DNA from: Limisphaerales bacterium
GTDB taxonomy: Bacteria > Verrucomicrobiota > Verrucomicrobiia > Limisphaerales > JAJOIW01
NCBI GenBank assembly: GCA_965657355.1
Contig: CBFHOE010000007.1
Coordinates: 64,001 to 128,000 of the forward strand
DNA length: 64,000 nt
Reading direction: 5' to 3'
In this document: positions 28,774 to 39,056 of the stretch, piece by piece
Numbering within the stretch: the first letter of the stretch is position 1
Layout of the letters: the number at the start of each line of letters is the position of its first letter
Notes under the pieces: generated by a model
Seen by the model: only the letters and a program-made list of their open reading frames with translations
Told to the model about the DNA's origin: nothing
The model's database searches: none
Translations under genes and position numbers: made by a program

Positions 28774-29925
28774 ATGAATGTTAACTGGAATTATCCGACT
28801 TCAATTCGAGCAGGAGCTGGCAGAGTAAAAGAACTTGGGGATATCTGTCGCAGCATGAATATCAAAGCACCACTATTAGTGACGGACCCAGGGCTTGTCA
28901 AAATGCCCATGGTCCAAGAACTTATCGGTGATTGCAAAAAATCAGGACTTGGCATCAAAGTTTTCAGCGAAATAAAGACGAACCCGACTGGTAGTAATGT
29001 TGAGGCTGGGATTAAAGCATTTCACACCGGCAACCACGACGGGGTTATTGCATTTGGTGGGGGCAGCGGTCTAGACGCGGGCAAAGCCATAGCTTTAGCA
29101 GCAGACCAAACTTGTTCTCTCTGGGATCTAGAGGATGTCGGAGATAACTGGATGAATGCTAATGCTGAAAAGATAAGCCCTATCATAGGAATTCCGACTA
29201 CTGCGGGAACAGGCTCTGAAGTTGGAAGGGCAGCAGTTATAATCAATGAAGAACAATTTAAGAAAACAATACTTTTCCACCCTCGAATGTTACCTGGAAC
29301 TGTTGTTCTTGATCCGGAACTTTCAGTGGGTCTACCAAGCAAAATCACAGCGGCCACAGGTATGGACGCGCTCTCTCATTGCCTTGAGGCTTTTTGCTCA
29401 AAAGTATATCATCCGATGGCAGAAGGCATAGCAATGGAAGGGATTCGTTTGGTCAAGGAATACCTTCCAGTTGCGGTGACGAATGGAAATGACATTGAGG
29501 CACGGATGCAGATGTTAGTCGCCTCATCCATGGGAGCAACGGCTTTTCAACGCGGACTCGGAGCGTCACATGCATTGGCCCACCCTCTAGGGGCATTATA
29601 CGACGTTCACCATGGATTATTAAACGCGATCTTAATGCCATATGTCCTCAAAGCTAACTATTTGGAAATTAAACTACCGATTGAAAGATTGGCTCCGTAC
29701 CTGAAACTTGAACCATCCTTCGAAAGCTTTTTAGATTGGGTTCTGAGGCTGAGAAAAGAGATCAATATTCCGCACAAACTAGATATGCTGATTTCTGATG
29801 ATTCTCGCTTTAAGGATATAGGGAAAATGGCGGTCCGGGATCCTTCGGCATGTACGAATCCAATTTTACATGATGCCGATACTTACACCTCGATTTTGAC
29901 AAATGCTTTTAATGGCATTTTATAA
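28774..29925 (+). CDS. Iron-containing alcohol dehydrogenase
   Basis: GGGSGLDAGK, PTTAGTGSE, DALSHCLE, HALAH, HHGLLN. Confidence 0.95.
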   Translation: MNVNWNYPTSIRAGAGRVKELGDICRSMNIKAPLLVTDPGLVKMPMVQELIGDCKKSGLGIKVFSEIKTNPTGSNVEAGIKAFHTGNHDGVIAFGGGSGLDAGKAIALAADQTCSLWDLEDVGDNWMNANAEKISPIIGIPTTAGTGSEVGRAAVIINEEQFKKTILFHPRMLPGTVVLDPELSVGLPSKITAATGMDALSHCLEAFCSKVYHPMAEGIAMEGIRLVKEYLPVAVTNGNDIEARMQMLVASSMGATAFQRGLGASHALAHPLGALYDVHHGLLNAILMPYVLKANYLEIKLPIERLAPYLKLEPSFESFLDWVLRLRKEINIPHKLDMLISDDSRFKDIGKMAVRDPSACTNPILHDADTYTSILTNAFNGIL

Positions 29926-30344
29926 AAAATCCCGAAGGAATAGCATGAGAGATGTAGGTTAAAGGACGCGTAATATTTTATCGCCTTATTTGAATCTGAA
30001 ATGACTAAATCGATGAACGAGATTGTGGATATTATGTAAAAAAACACCTTAAAGAGGCTTCCTGTTCCCTCCCCGCTTTTACTTAAAATTTAATTTACCA
30101 AACTCTGAATCAATGTAAGCGATTACTAATCGACCTAGGTCTCAGGGCTTGACCTCATGTTTCTTCGAAATTAGCTTTGGTTTGATTTCCCTCAGATTGT
30201 GTTTTTAAGTCGCAACCAACGGCTTCAAAATTTAAAGACCGACATGGTCTCAATCATAGCTACTCCGCATGAAGATTTCTGAAAAGGAATTCTCAGAAAA
30301 TTCATTTTCATAAAGTAACTCTAACAATTACAAAAAATATTTTT

Positions 30345-31337
30345 TTATTCAGATTTTTTAGATAACCCATTTCGATTATCCCAACCTATCTTGGTCAAAG
30401 CATCATTAAGCAACATAGGTTCAATATACCCGAACTGTATTCCAAGATTTTTTCGAGCTAAATAATGACGGCGGAGGGTCTGATTGAAGAAATGATCCAA
30501 TTTGAGTAAATCTTCTAAAAGCCACCGCCTCCAAAATTCTAGTGATGATTCATCCTCCATTTCGAGCTTTTCCAAATCGTCCTTTGTTAGAGAAAACCTT
30601 TTTAGTAAAAGCGTGACGAGGTGGTCCGACTCACCAAAAAAGTAGAGGATGAGATGTTTGTATAATTCCCAACAGCTCAATTCCATAAATGAAGGGCAAG
30701 TCATTACCATTGGGCCCTTTGTCCTTACCTTCTTAAACAAGATTTGATTTTGTATCTTAGAATAATCGTAGCCATGACTTTTCTTCGGGATCTGGTTACC
30801 GGCCAAAAGCAACCTCTTTAGACATCGAATAATCCTAATGACAGCGTATCGACTCTTGAAAGCTCCAAACAAAGGCATTGCCGGAGTATCACGCCCCCGC
30901 TGATCAGAGCCCAAAAATTCAAATCTCAATTCGAGCTCATCAGTTTCTTGGTTCCAGAATGGAATGGTGATTGATAAGAATGAATATCCCTCAGGAAAAA
31001 CCTTCTGACGATTAAAGGGCGGCTTGAATTCTGAGATTCTCTTGTTCTCCAATATTTCCGCATCCATGGGAGATTCGCATTTTTCATACTCGATACGGTT
31101 CACTTTACAAACCAATTCTACTAGTCTCTTAGGGTGGGTATCCGGGTGAATATATTTATATGAATTTATTCTCTTTTTTAAGTTATTGGATTGCCCGATA
31201 TAGAGAATTTGTTTTTCGGAGCCAAGAAAATGGTAGACACCTGGGCATTGAGGCAAAGCACGAAAAAAGCCTGCCCCAATGCGATCAATGATGGGGTTAT
31301 TCCAATCAAGAAGCCATAATTGATTCCTAGCGGGCAT
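30345..31337 (-). CDS. GIY-YIG nuclease (UvrC/Cho-like N-terminal domain) with divergent C-terminus
   Basis: 'LPQCPGVYHF...ILYIGQSNNLKKRINSY...AEILENKRISEFKPPFN'. Confidence 0.8.
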   Translation of the reverse strand: MPARNQLWLLDWNNPIIDRIGAGFFRALPQCPGVYHFLGSEKQILYIGQSNNLKKRINSYKYIHPDTHPKRLVELVCKVNRIEYEKCESPMDAEILENKRISEFKPPFNRQKVFPEGYSFLSITIPFWNQETDELELRFEFLGSDQRGRDTPAMPLFGAFKSRYAVIRIIRCLKRLLLAGNQIPKKSHGYDYSKIQNQILFKKVRTKGPMVMTCPSFMELSCWELYKHLILYFFGESDHLVTLLLKRFSLTKDDLEKLEMEDESSLEFWRRWLLEDLLKLDHFFNQTLRRHYLARKNLGIQFGYIEPMLLNDALTKIGWDNRNGLSKKSE

Positions 31338-31381
31338 GACAAAAGCTTGTTTCCTTGGTCCATCTCTTAGATGCTTAAAAA

Positions 31382-33079
31382 GTGGATACCAAAAAAGGGA
31401 ATTGGAATAGCACCGAGTTAACCGACGGCTGGCAAATCGGTGTCAAATCATTCTACTGGGGATTAGGATTTAAGAAAGAAGATTTCTCAAAACCACAGAT
31501 TGGAATTGGGGTCCCTCTTCTCGAGGGAAACCTTTGCAATACCCACGCCTACGAACTAGCTGCCTACATTGAGAACGGATGCAAGAAAGCAAATCTTCAC
31601 GGTTTCAAATTTGGGGTTCCCGGGGTTAGCGACAATATTACACAGGGACATGAAGGAGGAAATGCATCCCTACCCTCGCGCAACGTAATCGCAAACTCAG
31701 CCGAAATGGTCGTCAGCTCTCACAAATACGACGGTTTAATAGGGATGCACCATTGTGATAAAAATGGCCCCGGATTTGCAATGGCCTTGGCACGCCTCAA
31801 CTATCCCGGGTTGCTCGTAAGTGGCGGCAGCATCAAGCCCGGTTGCCATAATGGCAAACCAATTACTATTTTAGACCCTTATGAAGCTCAGGCTGCCCTG
31901 TCGGTTGGTGAAATCTCTGAGAACGAGGCATTGGAAATAGTTCGTAAAGCTTGCCCCGGACCTGGTGGTTGCGGAATCGCTGCTTCATTCAATACTTGGG
32001 GAATTGCTATGGAGGCAATTGGCCTAATGATTCCATACAGTTCATCAATACCCGCAGAGTCGCCAGAGAAGAAAAAAGAAATGGAGTTAGTCGGCACTTA
32101 TATGAATTCCATCCTAAAATCTGGGATTTTACCTAAAGATATCCTAACAAAAAAAGCTTTCCACAATGCAACAACTGCCATCGCTGCTGCCGGTGGATCG
32201 ACAAATGGAATACTCCATATACTTGCACTAGCAAGAGAGGCTAAAGTTAATTTCACCTTAAAGGACATACAAAAAATACTTCGTCAAACGCCCGTGATGT
32301 GCCAATTTGCTCCGAGAGGAAAAGGAACCATGGTCGACCTTCACCATTTAGGTGGCACTCCGATGCTACTCAAACATTTTCTTAAGTGTGGATTACTCCA
32401 TGGGGATTGCATGACGATTACTGGAAAGACTTTAAAAGAAAACTTGGATTTGGCGCCTGATTTACCACTAGAGCAAGACCTCATAGCTCATGAAGAAACT
32501 CCATTCCGAGATTATGCTGACATGCAAATTTGTTTTGGAAACATAGCCCCTGACGGAATCGTGTTCAAAGTATCCAGCATCAAGGAGGGAAAATTCAAAG
32601 GGAAAGCGATGTGTTTCACTGATCCAAAAGCCATTGTTGATGCTGTTTCAGGTGGAAAAATCACACCTGGCACTGTCGTAGTCCTGCGGGAAATGGGTCC
32701 TGTGGCATGCGGGATGCCAGAAGTATTGGTCGCGACATCATCACTAGCCGTTCCTGAACTCTACGGAAAAGTGGCCCTCATATCGGATACAAGAGTTTCA
32801 GGGGTATCCCATGGAGCCATAGGAATCCATTGTTCACCAGAGGCTGTTGTGGGTGGACCAATAGGATTTATTGAAGATGGAGACCTCATCAATATTGACC
32901 TCCTTAATGGCATAATTCAATGTGATGTGAATTCAACAGAATGGGACAAAAGAAAAGAAGTTGTGTTATCGGGATTAAAAGAAATCCAATATCAAAGGGG
33001 GTATCTTGCAGATTTCGGGTCAACAGTAACGCAAGCCTCGGAAGGGTGCGTCCCAAAATGGGTTTTAATTTCTGATTAA
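31382..33079 (+). CDS. ilvD: IlvD/Edd-family dehydratase (dihydroxy-acid dehydratase-like)
   Basis: CN, SDNITQG, SLPSR, CDKNGPG, GPGGCG, GGSTNG, GMPE, VSG and HCSPEA motifs. Confidence 0.8.
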   Translation: MDTKKGNWNSTELTDGWQIGVKSFYWGLGFKKEDFSKPQIGIGVPLLEGNLCNTHAYELAAYIENGCKKANLHGFKFGVPGVSDNITQGHEGGNASLPSRNVIANSAEMVVSSHKYDGLIGMHHCDKNGPGFAMALARLNYPGLLVSGGSIKPGCHNGKPITILDPYEAQAALSVGEISENEALEIVRKACPGPGGCGIAASFNTWGIAMEAIGLMIPYSSSIPAESPEKKKEMELVGTYMNSILKSGILPKDILTKKAFHNATTAIAAAGGSTNGILHILALAREAKVNFTLKDIQKILRQTPVMCQFAPRGKGTMVDLHHLGGTPMLLKHFLKCGLLHGDCMTITGKTLKENLDLAPDLPLEQDLIAHEETPFRDYADMQICFGNIAPDGIVFKVSSIKEGKFKGKAMCFTDPKAIVDAVSGGKITPGTVVVLREMGPVACGMPEVLVATSSLAVPELYGKVALISDTRVSGVSHGAIGIHCSPEAVVGGPIGFIEDGDLINIDLLNGIIQCDVNSTEWDKRKEVVLSGLKEIQYQRGYLADFGSTVTQASEGCVPKWVLISD

Positions 33080-34144
33080 CATTTTCCAAAATTTTGAATA
33101 CTCATTGACCATGGATGCTACTTTGAAACCGGTCTCAAACCTTTTTCTCGCAGCCTCCCCCATCTCTAGTAAAGCATAAGGATCTCCGATACATTTTTCG
33201 ATAGCATTCATTAAATCGCCATCTTTATTTGGGTCGAAAACAAATCCGGTAATTCCGTTATCTACAATTTCGTTACCACCACCAAGGGATGAGGCAATGG
33301 ATGGAATCCCAGAGCGAGCCGCCTCGATCAGGACAGTTGGCAATGAATCAAATGACGTCGAGGTGTGGATAAGAATACCCGCATTCGAAAATATCTTATC
33401 ACTTGGTTGCCTCCCATGCAGAAATACGTTTTTTCCAAGCCCAGATAGAGATTTGGCTCTATGAGAGTACTCAGAACAGATGTCACCATACAAATGCCAG
33501 TCCAGTTTGTGAGAAGCATCTGCAGAATTAATATAATCTGCAATTAACTCAAATCCTTTGACGGGAGAATACATTCCGAGGAACACCATGTTAATTCTAT
33601 CCCCAAAATATGCTTTTTTGAGTTGTGGTCTAAAACCATGCTCATCATTAAGTCCGTTATAAATGACAGTGATTTTTTTCTTGTAACCTGAACGATTACA
33701 TTCCGTCGCAACGGCTTTAGAAACCGAAACCATTCCATCAAAATGGTTCCCAGAAAACCGCATCAGAAGTCGTCTCAGCGAGCCATGAAAATTAGCACAT
33801 GGATGGTCATGCAAAGTACCAGAAATTTTTTGGCCCCTGCGAGATTTTAATACAAACAAGAGTTCGAAAGCACGAGCAGTCCAAGCATGAAGAATATCAA
33901 ATTTTCGGCATTGTCTGCGGACTTTAAAAGCTGCTGCGATATTGTTTTTCAGGCTATCTTTTGAGGAAGGCAATGGGATGGCATGATAGCCAAGCTCTTT
34001 GGCTCCGATATAGATACCAGTCGATTCAGGCGCAATTATGGTAATAAAATTTTTACCATCAGGAATAGCCTTTAATAACTCCATTAGCACGACCTCGGCA
34101 CCATACCCTTTCCCCTCTGTGACGCTTAGAATGGCAACTTTCAT
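33065..34144 (-). CDS. Glycosyltransferase family 4
   Basis: GYGAE, VIYNG, KG, 'DSLPTVLIEAARSGIPSIASSLGGGNEIV'. Confidence 0.9.
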   Translation of the reverse strand: MKVAILSVTEGKGYGAEVVLMELLKAIPDGKNFITIIAPESTGIYIGAKELGYHAIPLPSSKDSLKNNIAAAFKVRRQCRKFDILHAWTARAFELLFVLKSRRGQKISGTLHDHPCANFHGSLRRLLMRFSGNHFDGMVSVSKAVATECNRSGYKKKITVIYNGLNDEHGFRPQLKKAYFGDRINMVFLGMYSPVKGFELIADYINSADASHKLDWHLYGDICSEYSHRAKSLSGLGKNVFLHGRQPSDKIFSNAGILIHTSTSFDSLPTVLIEAARSGIPSIASSLGGGNEIVDNGITGFVFDPNKDGDLMNAIEKCIGDPYALLEMGEAARKRFETGFKVASMVNEYSKFWKMLIRN

Positions 34145-34154
34145 TTTCTAAAAA

Positions 34155-35141
34155 TCATTGATGACTCCAATGGGGGGGTTTTCCAATGAGAATATTTTTA
34201 ATTTTTCTCACACTCTGAACAATCCTGGGGTCTATGGAATACAAAACAGAATACAAATTTTTGGGAATCCCCATACTGAGGGCTTCCTTCATTTTTTTTG
34301 CCGCTGTCCTAAATTCGCCGGCTCTTTCAAATTGTTGAGCAACTCGAGATAATGCGTAGGCTTCGCCAATTTTAACTGCATCAAATTGCTCGGGGTATTT
34401 TTCTTTGATGATGCGGAGGGTTTCAAATTCTTCCTCGAGAGATGTATCAATCTTTCGTGTAATATTTCCCTGATGCCTTCTATATTTAGTAAAAATTCGG
34501 TCCAAATATCCTATTTTCCCAGCAAGAGCCACTTCGATCATAAATAACCAGTCACTCGCTATGGGTATTCTGGCGTTGAATCCGCCTCTGGGCATGCACT
34601 TCTTCCGAAACATCATCGAACTAGATAACAAGGCATTGCCCTTTATCAATTGTCCACCATCTCCAAAAATTGGGGGGTTAGTACTGGGATCATTGTGCAC
34701 CCCCATGACTCGGCCAGTATCACTATCAAAAACCTCGGCATTTGTGCAACAAATAGACACTTCTAGGTTGGCGTGCAGAAAATCAACTTGCGATGTGATT
34801 TTTCCAGGCAACATCAAATCATCGCCGCCGGTCAGCGCAATAAGTTCCCCATCGCAGCCTTGGAGCGCTTTATTAAAATTTCCAGTAATCCCCAAATTCT
34901 CTTTATTGATCAAAATGTTAATAAAGTTATATCGGGAAGAGAATTCTTTTAAAATATCAGGCGTTCTGTCTGTTGAGGCATCATCTGAACACACTATTTG
35001 TATGGGCCTGTAATCTTGTTGAATGATCGAATCCAGAGTTTCAGCCACAAATGCTTCTTGATTATAAAAAGCAATAGCAACGGAGACAAGCGGTCTCCCA
35101 CTGGGTTTGCTAGCACTCCCGATCTCCATAAATTTTGTCAT
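34155..35141 (-). CDS. Glycosyltransferase family 2
   Basis: 'VSVAIAFYNQ', 'SDDASTD', 'NLGITGNFN', 'GDD', 'SDW', 'YRRH'. Confidence 0.92.
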   Translation of the reverse strand: MTKFMEIGSASKPSGRPLVSVAIAFYNQEAFVAETLDSIIQQDYRPIQIVCSDDASTDRTPDILKEFSSRYNFINILINKENLGITGNFNKALQGCDGELIALTGGDDLMLPGKITSQVDFLHANLEVSICCTNAEVFDSDTGRVMGVHNDPSTNPPIFGDGGQLIKGNALLSSSMMFRKKCMPRGGFNARIPIASDWLFMIEVALAGKIGYLDRIFTKYRRHQGNITRKIDTSLEEEFETLRIIKEKYPEQFDAVKIGEAYALSRVAQQFERAGEFRTAAKKMKEALSMGIPKNLYSVLYSIDPRIVQSVRKIKNILIGKPPHWSHQ

Positions 35142-35334
35142 TTAAAGCCCTGCGTTTAGAAGCATAGGTATAAAAACAAGAATCAGGATCCTTTTGAAGG
35201 TCGAAATAAGACCTTAAAACTTGAATTTCTAAAAAACTTCCCCAAAATCTTCCCATTCACATTTTTTAACTTCTTGTTTTTGCGGTTAAAACCCTTTAGT
35301 TTTCCGCCTCAATTTAAAAGAAAAGACATCATTT

Positions 35335-36339
35335 ATGGCAAGGAACGTTACATTATTTACCGGCCAATGGGCTGATTTACCGCTAGATACCATGGCTCAA
35401 AAAGCCAGTGAATTTGGATATGATGGTATCGAGCTGGCCTGCTGGGGGGACCACTTTGAAGTCGATAAAGCTCAGGAAAAATCATACTGCGACGGAAGAC
35501 ACGAGCTTTTGTCAAAATATGGACTAAAAACATGGGCGATCTCGAACCACCTGGTAGGCCAGGCGGTCTGTGACAAAATCGATGAAAGGCACAAAGCCAT
35601 ACTCCCCCCTCACGTCTGGGGAGATGGAAACCCTGTTGATGTTCAGAAAAGAGCTGCTGAAGAGATGATCAAAACGGGCATAGCTGCAAAAAATTTGGGC
35701 GTATCAGTTGTCAATGGCTTCACTGGATCATCAATCTGGCCTTACTTATATAGTTTTCCCCCAGTGCCGCCACAATGGATTGAAGATGGTTTTGCAGACT
35801 TCGCGGAAAGATTCAAACCCATCTTGGATGAATATCAATCAATGGGAATTAAATTCGCGCTAGAGGTCCACCCAACTGAGATTGCTTTTGACAGTTCTTC
35901 TGCCAAAAGAGCAATAGATGCCCTTGATGGGCACCCTGCCTTCGGTTTTAATTATGATCCTTCTCATCTGGGCTACCAAGGTGTCGACTACGTTCAATTC
36001 ATTTACGATTTTTCAGACCGAATTTTCCATGTCCACATGAAGGATGTATATTGGTCGGACACTCCAAAATCCGCCGGTGTATTCGGGGGGCACACCAATT
36101 TTGGAGATCCAGCAAGGTATTGGGAATTTAGATCCTTGGGAAGAGGCAGTGTTGATTTTGAAGAAATCATCCGAGCTCTGAACGAAATCAAATACTCTGG
36201 TCCTTTATCTGTCGAATGGGAGGACATTCGAATGAATAGAGAAGCTGGTGCGGAAGAGGCATGTCATTTCGTAAAATCTGTTGATTTTGAGCCTAGCGAA
36301 GTGGCATTTGACGCAGCCTTTGATAAAGAAAACCAATAA
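35335..36339 (+). CDS. Sugar phosphate isomerase/epimerase (xylose-isomerase-like TIM barrel)
   Basis: 'FTGQWADLP', 'ALEVHPTE', 'NYDPSH', 'HVHMKD', 'SVEWED'. Confidence 0.9.
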   Translation: MARNVTLFTGQWADLPLDTMAQKASEFGYDGIELACWGDHFEVDKAQEKSYCDGRHELLSKYGLKTWAISNHLVGQAVCDKIDERHKAILPPHVWGDGNPVDVQKRAAEEMIKTGIAAKNLGVSVVNGFTGSSIWPYLYSFPPVPPQWIEDGFADFAERFKPILDEYQSMGIKFALEVHPTEIAFDSSSAKRAIDALDGHPAFGFNYDPSHLGYQGVDYVQFIYDFSDRIFHVHMKDVYWSDTPKSAGVFGGHTNFGDPARYWEFRSLGRGSVDFEEIIRALNEIKYSGPLSVEWEDIRMNREAGAEEACHFVKSVDFEPSEVAFDAAFDKENQ

Positions 36340-36365
36340 CTTATTGAGAAAACAATAATTTGTTT

Positions 36366-36401
36366 AAAAGAACAGGCCCATCAAGGGACCTGTTCTTTTT
36401 T
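36366..36401 (+). terminator. Rho-independent terminator
   Basis: AAAAGAACAGG-CCC-ATCAA-GGG-A-CCTGTTCTTTTTT, about 27 bp after the stop at 36339. Confidence 0.8.
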
Positions 36402-36453
36402 ATTGAGACCGATTGTTAAAAGTTTATCATCCGAGCAACACACCTCAAAGCGA

Positions 36454-37152
36454 ATGAAAAAATTCGGTAATTTTATCCCCCATAATGGTCCCTATTCCAA
36501 AAGGCGCTTCCTTCGATCAAGCATCATTGGAGGAGCAGCTTTGTCAGCCACTCCAGGCCTTTTTGCAGAATTACTTTTAAAAACCCCAAAGCAAACCGAG
36601 GGGCCATATTATCCTGATAGTTTCCCATTAGACACCGACAATGATTTGATTGTTTTAAATGACAGTCTTACCCCTGCAGTGGGAGAAATAACTTACCTAT
36701 CGGGACGAATTATCGATGCTGGAGGAGACCCAATCAAAAACGCAGTGGTTGAAATCTGGCAATGCGATGGAAAAGGCTCTTATCTTCATTCCAAAGGGGC
36801 TAATCCCCGCAATGGACGTAAAAGAGACAGCCATTTTCAGGGTTTCGGTCGCTTTCTCACAGGGGCTAAAGGGGAATACTTCTTCAGAACAATTAAACCT
36901 GTTCCATATCCAGGAAGAACTCCACATATTCACGTTATCGTCAAAAAGGGAAATAAAAGACTTCTGACGACTCAATGCTACATCAAAGGCCATGAATTAA
37001 ATGCGAGAGACGGAGTGCTCCGGCAAATTCGTAATCCTAAATTAAAAGAACTCCTAATGGTTGACTGGAAACCCGTTACTGGTTCTAAAATCGTAGAATA
37101 CGGAGCTCAATGGGATATTATTGTTGGGCATACTCCTGCAGATGCAGCCTGA
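36454..37152 (+). CDS. Intradiol ring-cleavage dioxygenase-like protein with Tat signal
   Basis: SKRRFL Tat motif; TEGPYYP, VEIWQCD..GSY, RTIKPVPYPGRTPHIH. ATG at 36454 preferred because the TTG at 36403 abuts the terminator. Confidence 0.85.
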   Translation: MKKFGNFIPHNGPYSKRRFLRSSIIGGAALSATPGLFAELLLKTPKQTEGPYYPDSFPLDTDNDLIVLNDSLTPAVGEITYLSGRIIDAGGDPIKNAVVEIWQCDGKGSYLHSKGANPRNGRKRDSHFQGFGRFLTGAKGEYFFRTIKPVPYPGRTPHIHVIVKKGNKRLLTTQCYIKGHELNARDGVLRQIRNPKLKELLMVDWKPVTGSKIVEYGAQWDIIVGHTPADAA

Positions 37153-37950
37153 ATTAAATTATCTGGCTACATTCTTGATTGAACCATCCCTGACACACCA
37201 CCGATAAAATTCAAATTCATGAGAATTAGTCACTCTGGCTGATATTTTTGCCCTTGCTCCTGCCATACAAGGCCGACTGTTCCTATTGTCTTTTTACCGC
37301 TGAGCGAGGAACCTGAAACTAGGTCGTAAAATAATAGCAAAGTCGCCAAAGATATTTCGGCTCTCTGGCCAGAAATATTGTTATTAGAGTCTTTTTTAAT
37401 TAAAAGCGCACTGAATGCTATCCAGCGAAGCCCCCAGCAATAGACCTTAACTGTGGGACCAGTAATACGGAATCCTTCATAACATTCTTCCGTCTTTTGA
37501 AACCATCAAGGGACCGAATTACGGCAGGGTTGATCTCAGCCCAGGACACGCACCGATTTGATTTACAGGTTAAGAAATCCTTATTCGGGTTTTTATTAAC
37601 TGCATTTTCTGAAGAAAATTATCGTTTAGACTGCGATATATCCTTTGCAGATTTTCGTTGATAAGCGACTCATTGCTTATAATCGCCACTAAATTACTAC
37701 AAACAATTCTGAAAGTTTTCGATTTCAAGTGCTAACATAGGATTAATCATAAGATGCCCTCTTTACCGCACAAAACTTGGAATCAGTGGTTTTGTCAAAT
37801 TTCTAGATCGTAAATAATCATCAACTTGGAGTTATTTATTTTAACAACCTCATGCGGACAGTTTTACATATTTCCCGCCAATGGATCCTTGTTTTCACTA
37901 CCTCTTGAATCGATAAAATAGTGCATTCTGCATCAAATAACTTTTGTTAA

Positions 37951-37981
37951 TTGTCAAACCAGTCACCTCCTGCCGTATAAT
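37951..37981 (+). promoter_or_regulatory. Possible upstream sigma70 promoter of the prepilin-like gene
   Basis: TTGTCA-19 bp-TATAAT. Confidence 0.4.
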
Positions 37982-38040
37982 TTTTATTCCCAATACCACC
38001 TGCGCCCGCAAAAGCACACTTTTTCCTTTAGAGGAACGGT

Positions 38041-38070
38041 TTGACAACATCTCGCCGGTTGCTTTATATT
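38041..38070 (+). promoter_or_regulatory. Near-consensus sigma70 promoter
   Basis: TTGACA-18 bp-TATATT, ending 24 bp before the ATG at 38095. Confidence 0.7.
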
Positions 38071-38094
38071 TAAAGAATCCAAGATAAAAACCTC

Positions 38095-38955
38095 ATGAAT
38101 CAATTTAGAAAAAAATTAAAGGGATTTACCCTCATCGAGCTGCTTGTCGTGATTGCGATCATCGCGATCCTCGCCTCAATGCTTCTCCCCGCGCTAAATA
38201 GCGCCAAAGGAAAAGCTATGAACGCCAAAGCATTAAACAACCTTAAGCAACTAACGATTGGCTGGGCTTTATACAACGCAGACAACGATGACGAAGTACC
38301 TGCTGCAGGACGTTCTAACGGAGTTCCTGAGTGGACAGGTGGAGGATGGTTAGATCTTCCCGTCAATGAGCGTGCTGAGGTCGACCCACTTTGGGTGCGA
38401 TCTGGTAATGATCGTGGTATAGCAAATAGTCCAATGTGGTCATACGCAGGCAAAAATCCCCTTCTCTTCCGTGATCCGGGTGACAAGTCAGTGGGCTCAT
38501 GGCCTAGCTACAAAGGCGGAGCTACTTCACCTCGCGTTCGCTCTTACTCCATGAATAACTGGGTCGGCGGGCCGTCATGGGGCGGTTCAGGATCAAATGC
38601 TACAACAGGAAGACCATGGAAAGTATTCAGAAGAGAATCCGAAATGATCCAACCTGGCGCTGCAAGCACAATTGTATTCATCTCTGAGCGACCTGACTCA
38701 ATCAACGATGGATATTTCGTTATCGACATGCAGGGCTTCGTCGGCTCACGATTCAGACAGCGTATCGTTGATTATCCAGCCGGATATCACGGCGGCGCTG
38801 GAACTGTTGGTTTTGCTGACGCTCACGCAGAGATCCACAGGTGGAGAGATGCAAGAACAGTCCCACGCCTCAACGCAAAGCGTGAAATTCCTCTAAACGT
38901 GTCGTCTCCAAACAACGTCGATGTCTATTGGATGCAACAACGAGGAACAAGATAA
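38095..38955 (+). CDS. Prepilin-type N-terminal cleavage/methylation protein with H-X9-DG-like C-terminal motif (PVC family)
   Basis: '[28 protein letters not shown]', 'NNLKQL', 'RSYSMN', '[16 protein letters not shown]'. Confidence 0.92.
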   Translation: MNQFRKKLKGFTLIELLVVIAIIAILASMLLPALNSAKGKAMNAKALNNLKQLTIGWALYNADNDDEVPAAGRSNGVPEWTGGGWLDLPVNERAEVDPLWVRSGNDRGIANSPMWSYAGKNPLLFRDPGDKSVGSWPSYKGGATSPRVRSYSMNNWVGGPSWGGSGSNATTGRPWKVFRRESEMIQPGAASTIVFISERPDSINDGYFVIDMQGFVGSRFRQRIVDYPAGYHGGAGTVGFADAHAEIHRWRDARTVPRLNAKREIPLNVSSPNNVDVYWMQQRGTR

Positions 38956-38976
38956 TTTAACTTCAATACGAATACC

Positions 38977-39005
38977 AAAAAGCCTCCCAATGGGAGGCTT
39001 TTTTT
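38977..39005. terminator. Bidirectional Rho-independent terminator
   Basis: AAAAAGCCTCCC-AAT-GGGAGGCTTTTTTT between convergent genes. Confidence 0.9.
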
Positions 39006-39056
39006 ATGTTTATTGTTCAATAGAAAAATCTATAAATTAATTCTTTTGCACTCGTT

